This document shows, piece by piece, positions 38,490-49,268 of a stretch of DNA of 64,000 nucleotides. A model generated the notes under the pieces. The model searched no databases, was not told where the DNA came from, and worked only from the letters and a program-made list of their open reading frames with translations. How positions within the stretch are numbered: the stretch's first letter is position 1; each line of letters opens with the position of its first letter. The DNA lies in assembly GCA_963719675.1 (NCBI GenBank), contig CAVRDN010000007.1, positions 68,670 to 132,669 of the forward strand, given 5' to 3'. The DNA comes from an uncultured Alphaproteobacteria bacterium. GTDB taxonomy: Bacteria > Pseudomonadota > Alphaproteobacteria > Acetobacterales > Acetobacteraceae. The translations under genes were made by a program, and so were the position numbers.

Positions 38490-41400
38490 TCAGTAATCCT
38501 TCCTGGATACCACGGGCAATTCCAGCAGATCGTCGTTGTCCTGGGGATCGAGGATCAGCGCCGGCGTCACCAGTGCCAGCAATGCATCGACCGGCACGAA
38601 CATCGCTGTTTCGGACGGGAAGAACCGGGTCGAGCGGGTCGCCAGCAGGCACGCCGCCGAGCCGATCTCACAGTTGTTGAAAGTATAGCGCACGTTGAGT
38701 GTCGGCTGGATAAAGCCCAGACCGGCGGCGGCGACGCCGGCGACGCCCTGGACCGTGCCGAACAGGTTCGCGCTGCCTCCCGGTGTGTAGGAAACGTCGA
38801 GCGCCTTGACGTAGACGTCGCCGGTCGCGCTGCCGTCGGTCAATGTCAGGATCAGCCAGGTTCCCGTCGCCGATAACCCGAGCGCGCCGTCGAAACGGAT
38901 ATTGCCGGTGACGCTGACCTGCAACGTCGAAGGACCGCCGCCGAGGCTGCTGACGGTGGCGCGGCCGAGCTGGGTGAAGCCGGCCGATTGCAACAGCGCG
39001 CCGGGTCCTCCATTCGCCGGAAGTAACGAGGCCGGGGGCGCCGTGCCGGTTGGCCGCGCCGCGCCGCCGGTGACGATGTTCGTGCCGCTGGCCAGCGTGA
39101 TCTGGTTCGCCGGCGCCGAGATGACGATGCGGTTCGCGCTGACCGTGCCGGCGATCAGCAGGTCGCCGCCCGGGATGAACACAAGGCTGCTCGCGCCGCC
39201 GCCCACCGTGAAACCGTTGAGCTCGCCGATATTGTTGGCTCCGGTGAGGGTCGCCGTGCCCGCCGCGCCGCCGCTGAGTTGCCCGGCGGTGATGCCGCCG
39301 CTCTCGGTCAGCACGCCGTTCACGGTGACATTCGCGGCGGGGCCCGCCGCGAGCGGGCCGGCGATCGACAGACCCGTGGAGTCGGTCAGGGCGAACCCGT
39401 TGCTCGCGGTGTAGTCGCCGAGCACAGCGACGGAATTGCCGGCATTCGTCAGCGTCGTCGACCCGGTGGTTCCGGTCAGCGTGCCGACAGTCGTGATCGG
39501 CGCCGATTGCGTGACCGCGCCGGTTGCCTCGAAATTCAACACATTCGCAACCGGCCCGATCGTGACCGGCCCGTCGACCGAGATGCTCGCGGCCGAAGCC
39601 ATCGACGTCGTGGCTCCCGCCGGAACATTGGTGTAGCCGCCCACCGTCAGCGTCGAGAGACCGGGCGTGACGATCGGCGGCACGGAGGGATCGATCAGCG
39701 CCTGTCCAGACGCGGAACTGCCCGCCAGGCTGAGGTTGACCGCCGAGAACGGTGCCAGTTCCAGTGTCCCGGCCGGCGCGGACAGCGTGCTGGAGCCGGT
39801 CGCCGTCATCTGATCCGCGACCAGCGTGATGCGCCCGCCTGACGCGGCGGTCAGCGAAGCCGCGGCATCGGACGTGCCGATCTGAAGGATGCCGCCTTGC
39901 CGCGCGACCTCGAAGAACAGATTGTCGCCGCCGTGCGCGCCGGCCAGCGTGAGGTCGGTCGCGTCCACCAACACCACGTCGCCTTTGGCCGCCGTGATGC
40001 CGAGGCTCCGGTCGATTTCGTTGCCTGGATTGGTCAGCGCGAACGAGGTACCCGCGCTACCCTGAATGTTGGTCGCGATGATGGATCCATTCGGTTCGCT
40101 GACAGAACCATTGCTCAGCAGATCCAGCGTCAGCGCGCCGTGCACGTTCACCGGCGCGTCCACGGTGATGTTCGCGGCCGATGTCCTGACCGTCGAGGCG
40201 CCCGCCGGCAGATTGGTATAGCCGCCGATCACCAGGTCATTGGCGAGCTCCTCGCCCTTGATCCCGCCGCGGATCACGAAGTTCGAGAGCAGCGTGGCGC
40301 CGAGCCCCAGGGTGCCGGGCGCGCTGCTGCCTCCGAGACTGACGTCGATGGCGGAGAACGGCGCCAGTTCCACCGAGCCTGGCGCGAGGATCAAACTCTG
40401 GCTCGCCGCCGTGATCGTGTCGGCGACCAGGGACGCGCGGCCGACAGTGGCCGTCAGCACGCCATTGATCGCCAACGTGCCGCCCGGTTGCTCGACCTCG
40501 AAGAACAGGTTCTGACCGGTGAAGGGTCCGACCGGAATGCCTCCGCCGACCAGTTGCAGCGACGTCCCGTCCACCAGCACCACGTTGCCGTTGTTCGCGG
40601 TCATTCCGGTGCTGACCTGAATCTGGTTGGCCGGGTCGCTCAACGAGAAATCGCCGCTCCCCGCGACGCCGGTCACCGTGGCCACGTTCAGCGGGCCACC
40701 CGGCTCGGTGATCGCGCCGTTCGCCAGTAGGTCCAGCGTGCCAGCGCGCCCGCTCAAATTCACCGGCCCATCCAGCGTGATCGCGCCCGCCGAGGTCGTG
40801 CTCCCCGCCCCGGGAGGCGTGTAGCCGCCAACCACGAGCGTGCCGGCGCCAACGTTGATATTCGCCAACAGCGCCTCGCTGATCGTCATGCCGGCACCGC
40901 CCGATCCGGCCAGGCTCACCGCGATCGGCGAGAACGGCGCCAGTTCCACGGTGCCGCCGGCGTTGCCGATCGACCCCGTGGTATTGGCCGACAAGCCGTC
41001 CGCCACCAGCGAAATGCTCGCGCCGGCCACGGCGCTCCCGGTCAGGCTCAAGGTCGCCGGCGCCACGCCGCCGATGGTCAGCGCACCGCCTTTCGTCGCG
41101 ACCTCGAAAAACAGATCGTTGCCGCTGTAGGTGCCGTTCAGCGCGAGACTGGTGCCGTCGACCAGCACGACATCTCCGGCGGTCGCGGTGATGCCCGAAC
41201 CGGCGCCGATCTGGTTGCCCGCGTTGGCCAATATCACGCTGCTGCCGGTCGCCGCCAACGTTCCGACCCCGGTCAGCGGCGCGGTCTGCGTGATCGCTCC
41301 AACCGCCTCCAGGTTCAGTGTCGCCGCCAGCGAGCCGAGCGAGACGGAGCCGCCGATCGTCACGCTGGCCGCGGAAGGCACCGCGACCGTGCCTCCCGCC

Positions 41401-44400
41401 GGCACGTTGGTGAAGCCCCCGACCGTCAGCGTGCCGACCCCGGGGGTGAGGCTGGTCAGGAGGGTGGTATCGATCGCGAATTGTCCCGCGATCGCGCTCC
41501 CCGGCAGGGAGATGGCGAGCGACGAGAACGGCGCCAGTTCGACCGTGCCGCCCGGCGCGGTCAGCGCGTCGCCAGCGGTCGCCGTCACCTGATCGGCGAC
41601 CAATGAGATGCGGCCGCCGGTCGCGGCGGTCAGCGTGGCGGGTGTCGGCACTTCCCCACCGGCGTTGCCCAGGGTCAGCGTGCCGCCCTGGGTTGCCACC
41701 TCGAAGAAGAGATTGTTGCCGCCGTAGGCGCCGGTCAGCGTCAGGTTGCCGCCATTCACCACCACCACGTCGCCATTCGCGGCGACGATGCCGGTGCTCT
41801 GCCCGATCGCGTTCGTGGGGTTCGTCAGGGCGAACGTGCCGCCCGAGGTGCCGAACACGTTCGCCACCGTAAGCGGGCCGCCCGGCTCCGTCACCGGTCC
41901 CAATGACAGCAGGCGCAAATTCGCCGCCAGGCTGGTCAGGTCCAGCGGGCCATCCAGCACCACGGAGCCGGCCGACGCCGACGGTCCGTTCAACGGCGTG
42001 CGCGGATTGGTGTAGCCGCCGACCACCAGGGTGCCGAGCCCGTTGGTGACCTCGCCGAGGGCGGCTCCCTGGATGCTTTCCGCGGTGGCCGAAAACGGCG
42101 CGATCTCCAGCGTTCCCGACTGGGCCGTGATCTTGCTCAGGGAATTCGCGGAAATGGTGTCGGCGACCAGCGAAATCCGCCCACCGGTGGGGACAAGCAA
42201 GGTCGCCGCCGCGATCGTGTTGCCAACGGCGAGACTGCCGCCGGCCTGCGAGACCTCGAAGAACAGGTTGTTGCCGGTATATGTCCCGGTCAACAGCATC
42301 GTCGGATCGGTCTCCAGCACGACGTTGCCGTTGTTGGCGATGATGCCGCCGCCGATCTGGATCAGATTGGCGGGGTTATCCAGGGTGAAGTCACCGGTGG
42401 ACACGCCGGTCACCGTGCCGACGGTCAGCGGCCCACCCGGCTCGGTCACCGGGCCGCTCGCCAGCAACACCAGGGTCCCCGCCCGGCCGGTCAGGTCCAC
42501 CGCGCCATCCAGGCTGATCGAGCCCGCCGTCGGGATCAGCCCGGTACCGCCGGCAGGCAGGTTGGTGTAGCCGCCTATCACCAGGGTGCCCGTGCCGACG
42601 TTGATGTTCGACAGCAGCGCGGCGGTGAACGTGGTGCCGGTCCCGGTGCCCGCCAGACTCACGCCGACGGAGGAGAACGGCGCCAGCTCCACGGTCCCGC
42701 CGGCGGTGCCGATCGAACCCGTGGTATTCGCCGACAGCCCGTCCGCTACCAGCGAAATGCGTCCCCCGGCGGCCGGACTGAGCGTCGCCGGACCGGTGCC
42801 GCCGAGGGTCAGCGTGCCGCCCGCCGCGGCGACCTCGAAGAACAGATCGTTGCCGCTGTAGGAGCCGTTCAACGCCAGGCTCTCGCCGTTCACCAGCACG
42901 ATGTTTCCGTTCGTCGCGATGATCCCCGAGCTGCTCCCGATCCGGTTGCCGGTGTTGCCGAGCACGACGCTGCCGGCCACCGCCGCCAGCGTGCCGCCGG
43001 TCAGAGCCGCCGTCTGGGTGATCGCTCCGGTCGCGTCCAGTTCCAGCGTCGCGGCGGCGGAGGCGTCGAATGGGGCGCCGATCGTCACCGCGCCCGCCCG
43101 GGTTGTCGGCGTGGCGGCGCCTGGCCCGGTGACGGCGCCAAGCCGGGCCGTCGTGACGGACAGCCCGGTCAGCGACGACACCAGCAGCCCGCCGGTGCCG
43201 GCGCCGAGGCTCACGGTGGCGCCCGATGTCTCCGGCGCCAACTCGAAGGTGGCGGCGGAGACGCTGCCGCCCTCCAGCGTGAAGTCGTCGGCCTGCACGC
43301 TAACCCGTTGGTTCGCGGAGACCGGCCCCTCGATCGACACGCCGCCAGAACTCGACGACAGGAACACGCTGCCCGCCGGGGCCGACAGGCCAGCGGCGGC
43401 CAGGGCCGTTCCCGAAATCACCGCGATCTCCCCGGTGCTCGCCGTCATATCGACCAGCGTGCTGATGGCGTTGCCGGAACTGGTCAGGGCGAAGGTATCG
43501 GCGGAGCCGCTGAGCTGCGCGGCATCGGTCAGGGCCGCCGTCTGCCGCACCACGCCGTCGGCTCCGGGCGCGGTGGAGGACGCGGCGTCCAGGACGAGGC
43601 TGCCGGTGCCGGTGAAGGTGAACGCGCCGCCGATCATGACACCGCCGGCCGTGGTCGTGGGCGAGGTGCCGCCTGGCTGCGTCACCGCGCCCACCGTGAG
43701 ATCGGTCGCGCTCAGTCCGCTCATCGACAGCAACGACAACCCGGCTCCGGAAGAGCCCAGGGTGACGGTGCCGCCGGCGGTGGCGGGGGCGAGTTCGATC
43801 GCGGCGGCGGCGACCGTGCCATTGTTGAGCAGCGCGTCGGTCTGCAAGGACGCCGTTCCGGTCGAGGTGTCCGCGAGCACCGCTCCGGTCGCCAGGATCG
43901 TGATCCCGGCGGGCGCGGTCGAGGCCAGGAACACCTGACCGCCGCCGGCGGTCGCCACGACGGTGCCCGCGACGGTCAGGCCGATGCCGTCCCGCAACGC
44001 GAAGCTGGCGGCGGAAAACTCGCCCGTACTGGGCGGGGGGAGCGAGGTACCCAGCGTGGCGACCGCGTTGGCCGATGCGCTCGCGCCGAGCAGATCGACC
44101 GCGCCCGCCGCGCTGCCCGTCAGCACCGCCGCGATCAAGGTCCCGGTTTCGCCGATCGTGCCGGTATTGGCGGTCAACTGCACGGTGCCGGCGCCGCCGT
44201 CCGTCACCACGCCAGGGATGGCCATGCTGTCGGCGGCGAGGTTGACGGCCGCGCCGCTGACGGTGCCATCGACCGTCAGCAACCCGGTATCGGTGATCGT
44301 GGCACCGGCGGCGCTGACGAGCGCTCCGGCGACCGTCAGGGGAACCCCGTCGTTCAGTTCGAAATCGCCGGCACTGATGTTGCCAAGATTGGTGACCGTG

Positions 44401-47156
44401 TTGGCCAGCGGCAGAGACCACGCCGCGCCGGTGCCGGACAGCGTACCGACGTTGATCAGCGTCCCGGCGGTACCATCGACCGGCCCCCTGGTATCCAGCT
44501 CCAGCGCCCGGTTGAGCGCGTCGAAGGATCCGGCGACCGTGATCGTGGCGGTCGCGCTGGCCACGCCCAGGGCGGCCGGCGCGGTCACGTTGCCGATTTT
44601 GACGCCGGTCGAGGTGATGTTGTTCAGCGAATTCAGCACCACCCCGTTCACGGCGCCGAGGCCGATGGACATGCTGAATTTGGGACTGTCCGGCGCGAAC
44701 TCGAAGGTGTCGGCGGTGATGGAACCGGACGGCGTGGGGCCCTGCCCGGCGGCGATCCCCAGCGCGTCGGCGCGGATCGACGCCAGGCCGCCCGGCGCGA
44801 TCACCGCGCCGAAGTTGGCGATCGTGATGCCGTCCGTATCGCCTTCCTGCAGAAACACATTGTTCGCCGTGACGTGCCCGCTGACGTTCAGCGGGAACGT
44901 ATCGACCAACTGGAAGTCGCCGCCGGTGACCGTGAAACCAGCGAGGTTCGGCACGGAATTGGCGTCCAGAAGGCTGACGGTCCCGGTCACGCCGGTACTG
45001 CTCAACAGCTCCGAGGTGACGGCGATGCTGCCGCCGGTCTGCGTCACGCCGCCGCCGGTGGTGTTCAGATCGACCGTGAACGCGCTGATGTTGCCGTTCA
45101 GGGTGATGCCGCCGGTGCCGGAGAACAGTTGCACCTGGCCGCCGGTGATCGCGGACGTCACCGAGTCGTTGATCACCAGCGCGCCGCTCGGCGTGGCCGT
45201 GCCCGCGCGCAGCAGGATGTTGCCGGTCGCCTGCAGCGGAGCGCCGCTCTCGACCGTGAGGTTGCCGCCCGCCAGCAGAGTCAGGCCGTTGAACACGGTC
45301 AGCGGCGCGCGTACGTCGATCGTGCCGGTCGCCTGGACCACGATGTTGGCGGCGCCGCTCATGTTTTGCAGGGTGCTCGCGAACACCGTGGAGGGTAGCG
45401 GATCGCCGTCCGGCGCGCTGGCCAGCAGCGTGCCGTTCACCACTTCGAAGTCGACGCTGCTGCCGCCCTCGGGCGCGTTGCCGATGATCGCCAGGTCCGT
45501 CGGGTCGAGCAGGAGCGTGCCCGTCAGGCCGTTGGGCGCGGACACGACGACCGTTCCGGTCAGGCCGAGCGTGGCGCCGGAAACCTCGACGAAGCCGCCG
45601 TTTCCGGTGAGCCCGCCGCCCGTCGCCGTGATCGCGCCATCCATCTGCGTGGTGCCGGTGGACAGCACCGTGACGCGGCCGCCGTTGCCGGTTTTCCCCG
45701 CACTGGCATTGATACTGGCGCCTTTGTTCACCGCGACGCTCGCCGCGGTCAGGGCTGCCGGCGTGCCTGGGCCCCCCGTGGCGCGCTGTAGCGTCGTGCC
45801 GATCGCCACGGTGCCGCCGCCCGCCACGCCGGACGCGTTGATCCGCGCCTTCGAGGCCAGGGTCACGGCGCCGGTGGTGTTGACCGCCACGGTGCCGCCG
45901 GTCGTTCCGGTCGCCTTGCCCGCGACGCTCAGAAGCCCGGTCACGGTGACCGAACCGCCGATGCCCGCGACCGTCACGCTGCCGGTGCGCGCGGCGGTGC
46001 TGTTCGCCACGATCTTGCCGCCGGCCTGAACCAGGTTTCCAACCACGCCATCCGCCGCCATCGCGGTCAGTTGCACAGTGCCGCCGTTGGCGCGGATCAC
46101 GCCGGTGTTGGTGACCAATGCCGCGACCGGTTTGCCGTCCGGACCCACCGGCGCCTTGGTCACCTGATTGCTCACATCCAACGCGAGCAATCCGTCGCCG
46201 TATAAATCCAGGGTCGCCGTCTTCACCCCGGCCAGCACGACATGCCCAAGCCGCGCGTTGATCACGCCGGAGTTGGCGACGCTCGGTGCCACCAGCGCCG
46301 CGAGGCCGGCCTGTTTGACGGTGATGACGCCCTGGTTGACCACCCGCGCGTTCGGATTGCCGGCCTGATCGAACGCCATGTTGCCGGCCATGAAGGCGCC
46401 GTTGGTGATGTTCGCGGACGATACGATCAGGCTTTGCGCGTTGACCTGCGCGCCTTTGTAGAACGTGACGCCGGCCTGGTTGACCAGCACCACCTGGCCA
46501 TTGGCGGTGATCTTGCCGGCGATTTGCGACGGATCCGGACCGGTGACACGATTTAACGCGACCGCGCCGCTCGACGGCTGAGCGAATGTCACCTGTTGCT
46601 GGCTGCCGACATTGAAGCTCCGCCAATCGATCGCGGCGCGTTGGGTGGTCTGGGTGATCGCGGTGGTGTTGCTGGTCTGAGAAATCGTGGCGCTGCCGGC
46701 GACCACCGATCCACCGGCCGGCATCGCGTTCGGCGCGGGCTGCGCCGCGGCGGTCGCTGTCCAGAACGGCAGGCTCAGCACCAGAACGGTTGTCGCCTGG
46801 AGCGCGGTGCCTCGCAGCAGGTCGGCCCGCGTACGGCCGGTCACGCCCAGCAGTCGGGCCGGCGCGGGATGCGACGGATTGGATGCCCGCCTCTCGTCAT
46901 GCCCGCGCCGCGCCGTCCGCGCCGGCGGAGCCGACCGGGCCAGCCCGAATGCCTGACCAAAACAGGGCCCCTGAGCCGGGGTGGGCGCCTGGGCCGAGGG
47001 GGGCGCCTGGGCCGGGGTCGGCGCACAGGACAGGGCGGATGGGGGGGGGCACAGGCCGGGGTGGGCGCACAGAACTGGGCGGGTGAGCGCGCCTCGCTCC
47101 GCTGGCGTGCTTTGGCCATCAGACAACCCTCCACATTCCCCGGGGAGCCGGATCAT
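38490..47156 (-). CDS. Large filamentous haemagglutinin-like two-partner secretion exoprotein (TpsA); true start may be the GTG near 46844
   Basis: LLRGTALQA-type leader; TPS domain IDWRSFNVG...QPSS..VALNRV..DPSQIAG...ANGQV.LVN..G; GGFVEVSG, GTLLLDP; Gly/Thr/Ala-rich beta-helix-type body. Confidence 0.9.
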   Translation of the reverse strand: MIRLPGECGGLSDGQSTPAERGALTRPVLCAHPGLCPPPSALSCAPTPAQAPPSAQAPTPAQGPCFGQAFGLARSAPPARTARRGHDERRASNPSHPAPARLLGVTGRTRADLLRGTALQATTVLVLSLPFWTATAAAQPAPNAMPAGGSVVAGSATISQTSNTTAITQTTQRAAIDWRSFNVGSQQQVTFAQPSSGAVALNRVTGPDPSQIAGKITANGQVVLVNQAGVTFYKGAQVNAQSLIVSSANITNGAFMAGNMAFDQAGNPNARVVNQGVITVKQAGLAALVAPSVANSGVINARLGHVVLAGVKTATLDLYGDGLLALDVSNQVTKAPVGPDGKPVAALVTNTGVIRANGGTVQLTAMAADGVVGNLVQAGGKIVANSTAARTGSVTVAGIGGSVTVTGLLSVAGKATGTTGGTVAVNTTGAVTLASKARINASGVAGGGTVAIGTTLQRATGGPGTPAALTAASVAVNKGASINASAGKTGNGGRVTVLSTGTTQMDGAITATGGGLTGNGGFVEVSGATLGLTGTVVVSAPNGLTGTLLLDPTDLAIIGNAPEGGSSVDFEVVNGTLLASAPDGDPLPSTVFASTLQNMSGAANIVVQATGTIDVRAPLTVFNGLTLLAGGNLTVESGAPLQATGNILLRAGTATPSGALVINDSVTSAITGGQVQLFSGTGGITLNGNISAFTVDLNTTGGGVTQTGGSIAVTSELLSSTGVTGTVSLLDANSVPNLAGFTVTGGDFQLVDTFPLNVSGHVTANNVFLQEGDTDGITIANFGAVIAPGGLASIRADALGIAAGQGPTPSGSITADTFEFAPDSPKFSMSIGLGAVNGVVLNSLNNITSTGVKIGNVTAPAALGVASATATITVAGSFDALNRALELDTRGPVDGTAGTLINVGTLSGTGAAWSLPLANTVTNLGNISAGDFELNDGVPLTVAGALVSAAGATITDTGLLTVDGTVSGAAVNLAADSMAIPGVVTDGGAGTVQLTANTGTIGETGTLIAAVLTGSAAGAVDLLGASASANAVATLGTSLPPPSTGEFSAASFALRDGIGLTVAGTVVATAGGGQVFLASTAPAGITILATGAVLADTSTGTASLQTDALLNNGTVAAAAIELAPATAGGTVTLGSSGAGLSLLSMSGLSATDLTVGAVTQPGGTSPTTTAGGVMIGGAFTFTGTGSLVLDAASSTAPGADGVVRQTAALTDAAQLSGSADTFALTSSGNAISTLVDMTASTGEIAVISGTALAAAGLSAPAGSVFLSSSSGGVSIEGPVSANQRVSVQADDFTLEGGSVSAATFELAPETSGATVSLGAGTGGLLVSSLTGLSVTTARLGAVTGPGAATPTTRAGAVTIGAPFDASAAATLELDATGAITQTAALTGGTLAAVAGSVVLGNTGNRIGSSSGIIATNGNIVLVNGESLALNGSYSGNDLFFEVAAAGGTLTLGGTGPATLSPAAGGRISLVADGLSANTTGSIGTAGGTVELAPFSSVGVSLAGTGTGTTFTAALLSNINVGTGTLVIGGYTNLPAGGTGLIPTAGSISLDGAVDLTGRAGTLVLLASGPVTEPGGPLTVGTVTGVSTGDFTLDNPANLIQIGGGIIANNGNVVLETDPTMLLTGTYTGNNLFFEVSQAGGSLAVGNTIAAATLLVPTGGRISLVADTISANSLSKITAQSGTLEIAPFSATAESIQGAALGEVTNGLGTLVVGGYTNPRTPLNGPSASAGSVVLDGPLDLTSLAANLRLLSLGPVTEPGGPLTVANVFGTSGGTFALTNPTNAIGQSTGIVAANGDVVVVNGGNLTLTGAYGGNNLFFEVATQGGTLTLGNAGGEVPTPATLTAATGGRISLVADQVTATAGDALTAPGGTVELAPFSSLAISLPGSAIAGQFAIDTTLLTSLTPGVGTLTVGGFTNVPAGGTVAVPSAASVTIGGSVSLGSLAATLNLEAVGAITQTAPLTGVGTLAATGSSVILANAGNQIGAGSGITATAGDVVLVDGTSLALNGTYSGNDLFFEVATKGGALTIGGVAPATLSLTGSAVAGASISLVADGLSANTTGSIGNAGGTVELAPFSPIAVSLAGSGGAGMTISEALLANINVGAGTLVVGGYTPPGAGSTTSAGAITLDGPVNLSGRAGTLDLLANGAITEPGGPLNVATVTGVAGSGDFSLSDPANQIQVSTGMTANNGNVVLVDGTSLQLVGGGIPVGPFTGQNLFFEVEQPGGTLAINGVLTATVGRASLVADTITAASQSLILAPGSVELAPFSAIDVSLGGSSAPGTLGLGATLLSNFVIRGGIKGEELANDLVIGGYTNLPAGASTVRTSAANITVDAPVNVHGALTLDLLSNGSVSEPNGSIIATNIQGSAGTSFALTNPGNEIDRSLGITAAKGDVVLVDATDLTLAGAHGGDNLFFEVARQGGILQIGTSDAAASLTAASGGRITLVADQMTATGSSTLSAPAGTLELAPFSAVNLSLAGSSASGQALIDPSVPPIVTPGLSTLTVGGYTNVPAGATTSMASAASISVDGPVTIGPVANVLNFEATGAVTQSAPITTVGTLTGTTGSTTLTNAGNSVAVLGDYTASNGFALTDSTGLSIAGPLAAGPAANVTVNGVLTESGGITAGQLSGGAAGTATLTGANNIGELNGFTVGGGASSLVFIPGGDLLIAGTVSANRIVISAPANQITLASGTNIVTGGAARPTGTAPPASLLPANGGPGALLQSAGFTQLGRATVSSLGGGPSTLQVSVTGNIRFDGALGLSATGTWLILTLTDGSATGDVYVKALDVSYTPGGSANLFGTVQGVAGVAAAGLGFIQPTLNVRYTFNNCEIGSAACLLATRSTRFFPSETAMFVPVDALLALVTPALILDPQDNDDLLELPVVSRKDY
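39600..42960 (-). repeat. Six ~190-aa internal repeats in TpsA
   Basis: LFFEV recurs near 42833, 42253, 41698, 41101, 40495 and 39907, each with SLVAD / ELAPFS / GGYTN-type motifs. Confidence 0.85.
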
Positions 47157-47218
47157 TTCGTTCGCGGTGCGCGTGTGCGCCTATTTCGTCCATGCGCCCA
47201 TCCCGCTCGCCCGGCCGG

Positions 47219-49055
47219 TCAGAAACGCGCGAGCACACGCCAGTAAAACGCCGCGCCATTCAACGCCGAGACGCTGGAACCCGTGCCGTTCGGGTATCGG
47301 TTGAACCGCGCCGCCCCCTCGAGATCGACCTCGACGTAACGCGTCGCCTGCACCCGCACGCCGCCGCCGGCCGACGATATCCGGGGCGCGAGCGTACCGG
47401 GCTGGTTCTGCCAGACCTCGCCCCAGTCGTAGAACGCGTAGAACTGGCTGTTCAGCTCCGCCGACAGGCCAACCCGGGAAAGATCGATCGCGGTGTTGAG
47501 CTGCAGTTCGATCGTTGAAGCCAGCGCCTTGTCGCCCGCGACCTCGCCCGAATAATAGCCGCGGGTGTATTGCGCGCCGCCCAGATAGAATTGCTCGGAC
47601 GGCGGCAGGATGGAATCGCTCCACTGGCCGGTGAGGAGGCCCTGCACCGCGACGCTGGCACCCTGCCAGGGATAGAACAGCGTCTGCGTCCGGCTGAGCT
47701 GGAAGTTGAACTTCAGGAAATTGCTCTGCTCGCCCGGTCGCGGCGCGGTCAGCGAGGCGCCGTTGGTCGTAGCGCCCAGAATATCCACCCCCTTCGACAA
47801 CCGGCCCGAGATCCCGTTCGCCGCCGGCCGCGCATCGCCGGCCCACAGATCGGACAACGCGTAATCGGCGCCGGCACGCAGCACGCGCAATGCATCGTAA
47901 CTGCTGGGAGCGGAGGCCCCGCCGGTCCCCGCGTTGGTGTCGATCTCGGTCTCGACGCCATCGAGCGCCAGCCACGTATTCAGCGTCTGCCGCCGCGACC
48001 GGATCACCGGATACGACGCCTTGGCGCCATACACCTGGGTGATGCCGTGGTAATCGAAGGCGGCCAGCGGACCGGTCGGCACCGTCGCGCCGGCGCCGCC
48101 GTAGATCTGCACTTTCAGGCCGGACGAGCCGATGAACGTCTCGAACGAGAGCTGCCCGAACGTCTGGCTGTTCGGCCAGGCGTGATACATCGACAGCTCG
48201 GTCTTTTCGCCGAACTCGGTGACGCTGTTCAGCGACAGCCCGGCCAACGTCTCGATCGGCCCGGTCAGCGGCGAGGCCCGGTTATCCGTCGCCACCAGCC
48301 CCGCCACGACCTGCCGGCTCACCTGGGCCACCAAATTCAGCGCCCCCGGCTCATCGGTCGAGGGCTGCAGCACCGCGTGCAGGGTCACGCCCGGCACGTC
48401 CTGCGCCAGCAGCAGGTAGCGTTCCAGCGTCGCGGCATCGATGACCGGCTGCTCGGTCAGGCGGTTCAGGAAGCGCAGCACCTGGGTGCCCGCCGGACCG
48501 ATGTCGCCATCCAGTTTGACGGCGGCGATGCGGCCCTCGGTGACATGGAAGCTCAGCCGGCCGCTGGGCGCGTCGTAACTGGCGGACACCGGTGCTCAGC
48601 ACGTAGCCATCCGCCCGGTAGCGCCCGAGGATCGCCTGGCGCACCGTATCGATCCGGGCGAACGGCACCGCCGGGCCGGTCAGCCCCTGGGTCAGCGCGG
48701 CGATGTCCGCCGCCGGGTAGACGGTGACGCCATCCACCGAGACCGTCGTGATCGTCACCGGAGGGCCCGAGATCGGCGCGACCGGCGCCTGGGGCAGGCC
48801 CTCGATGCCTTGCGGCGAGACGGCGGGCGGTTCCGGCGGCAGGATGCGCGGGATCGGCGAGCCTTGCGGAACCGGGTTCGTCAGCACCGATTGCGCCGCG
48901 GATTGCGCCTCCGCCACCCGGGCGTGAACGGTCAACGAGAGGAGAACGGCCAGAACCCCGCGAACCGCCCGGCTTCGTCGCTCGGTGCGGTCGTCAGCCA
49001 AGGGCGACGCATCGGATCGCTGACCAAACGTCAAGAAGTTGCTCTCCGATCTCAT
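47219..49055 (-). CDS. ShlB/FhaC/HecB family two-partner secretion transporter (TpsB), frameshift near 48590
   Basis: POTRA motifs (GVTVYP, YRADGYVLS, VTEGRI, LERYLLLAQDVPG); barrel motifs SEQFYLGG...RGY, YAFYDWG, SAGGGVR; C-terminal Phe. Confidence 0.88.
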
Positions 49056-49196
49056 CAAGGCGCACCAATCTAAATTGCGATACGTACTGTTGCAAGCATT
49101 TGTTAACATTGTGTCCAGAACCCGTCCTGGCGCTCCCCGCGGGCGCGCCCAAAGGCGGGCGCGCGGCACGAGGACATCATCGGGTCCCCTCACCCC

Positions 49197-49268
49197 GGCG
49201 TTCTTCACACCGGAACCCGCGGCGTTCTTCACACCGGGACCCGCGGCGTTCTTCACACCGGGACCCGC
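49197..49268. repeat. 24-bp tandem repeat x3 spanning the amidohydrolase stop codon
   Basis: ggcgttcttcacaccgg(a/g)acccgc three times. Confidence 0.88.

Noticed and set aside
46845-47156. Pro/Cys-rich N-terminal extension of TpsA as a novel domain
   Set aside because: It contains short repeats and G runs and is probably untranslated; the leader motif starts further downstream.
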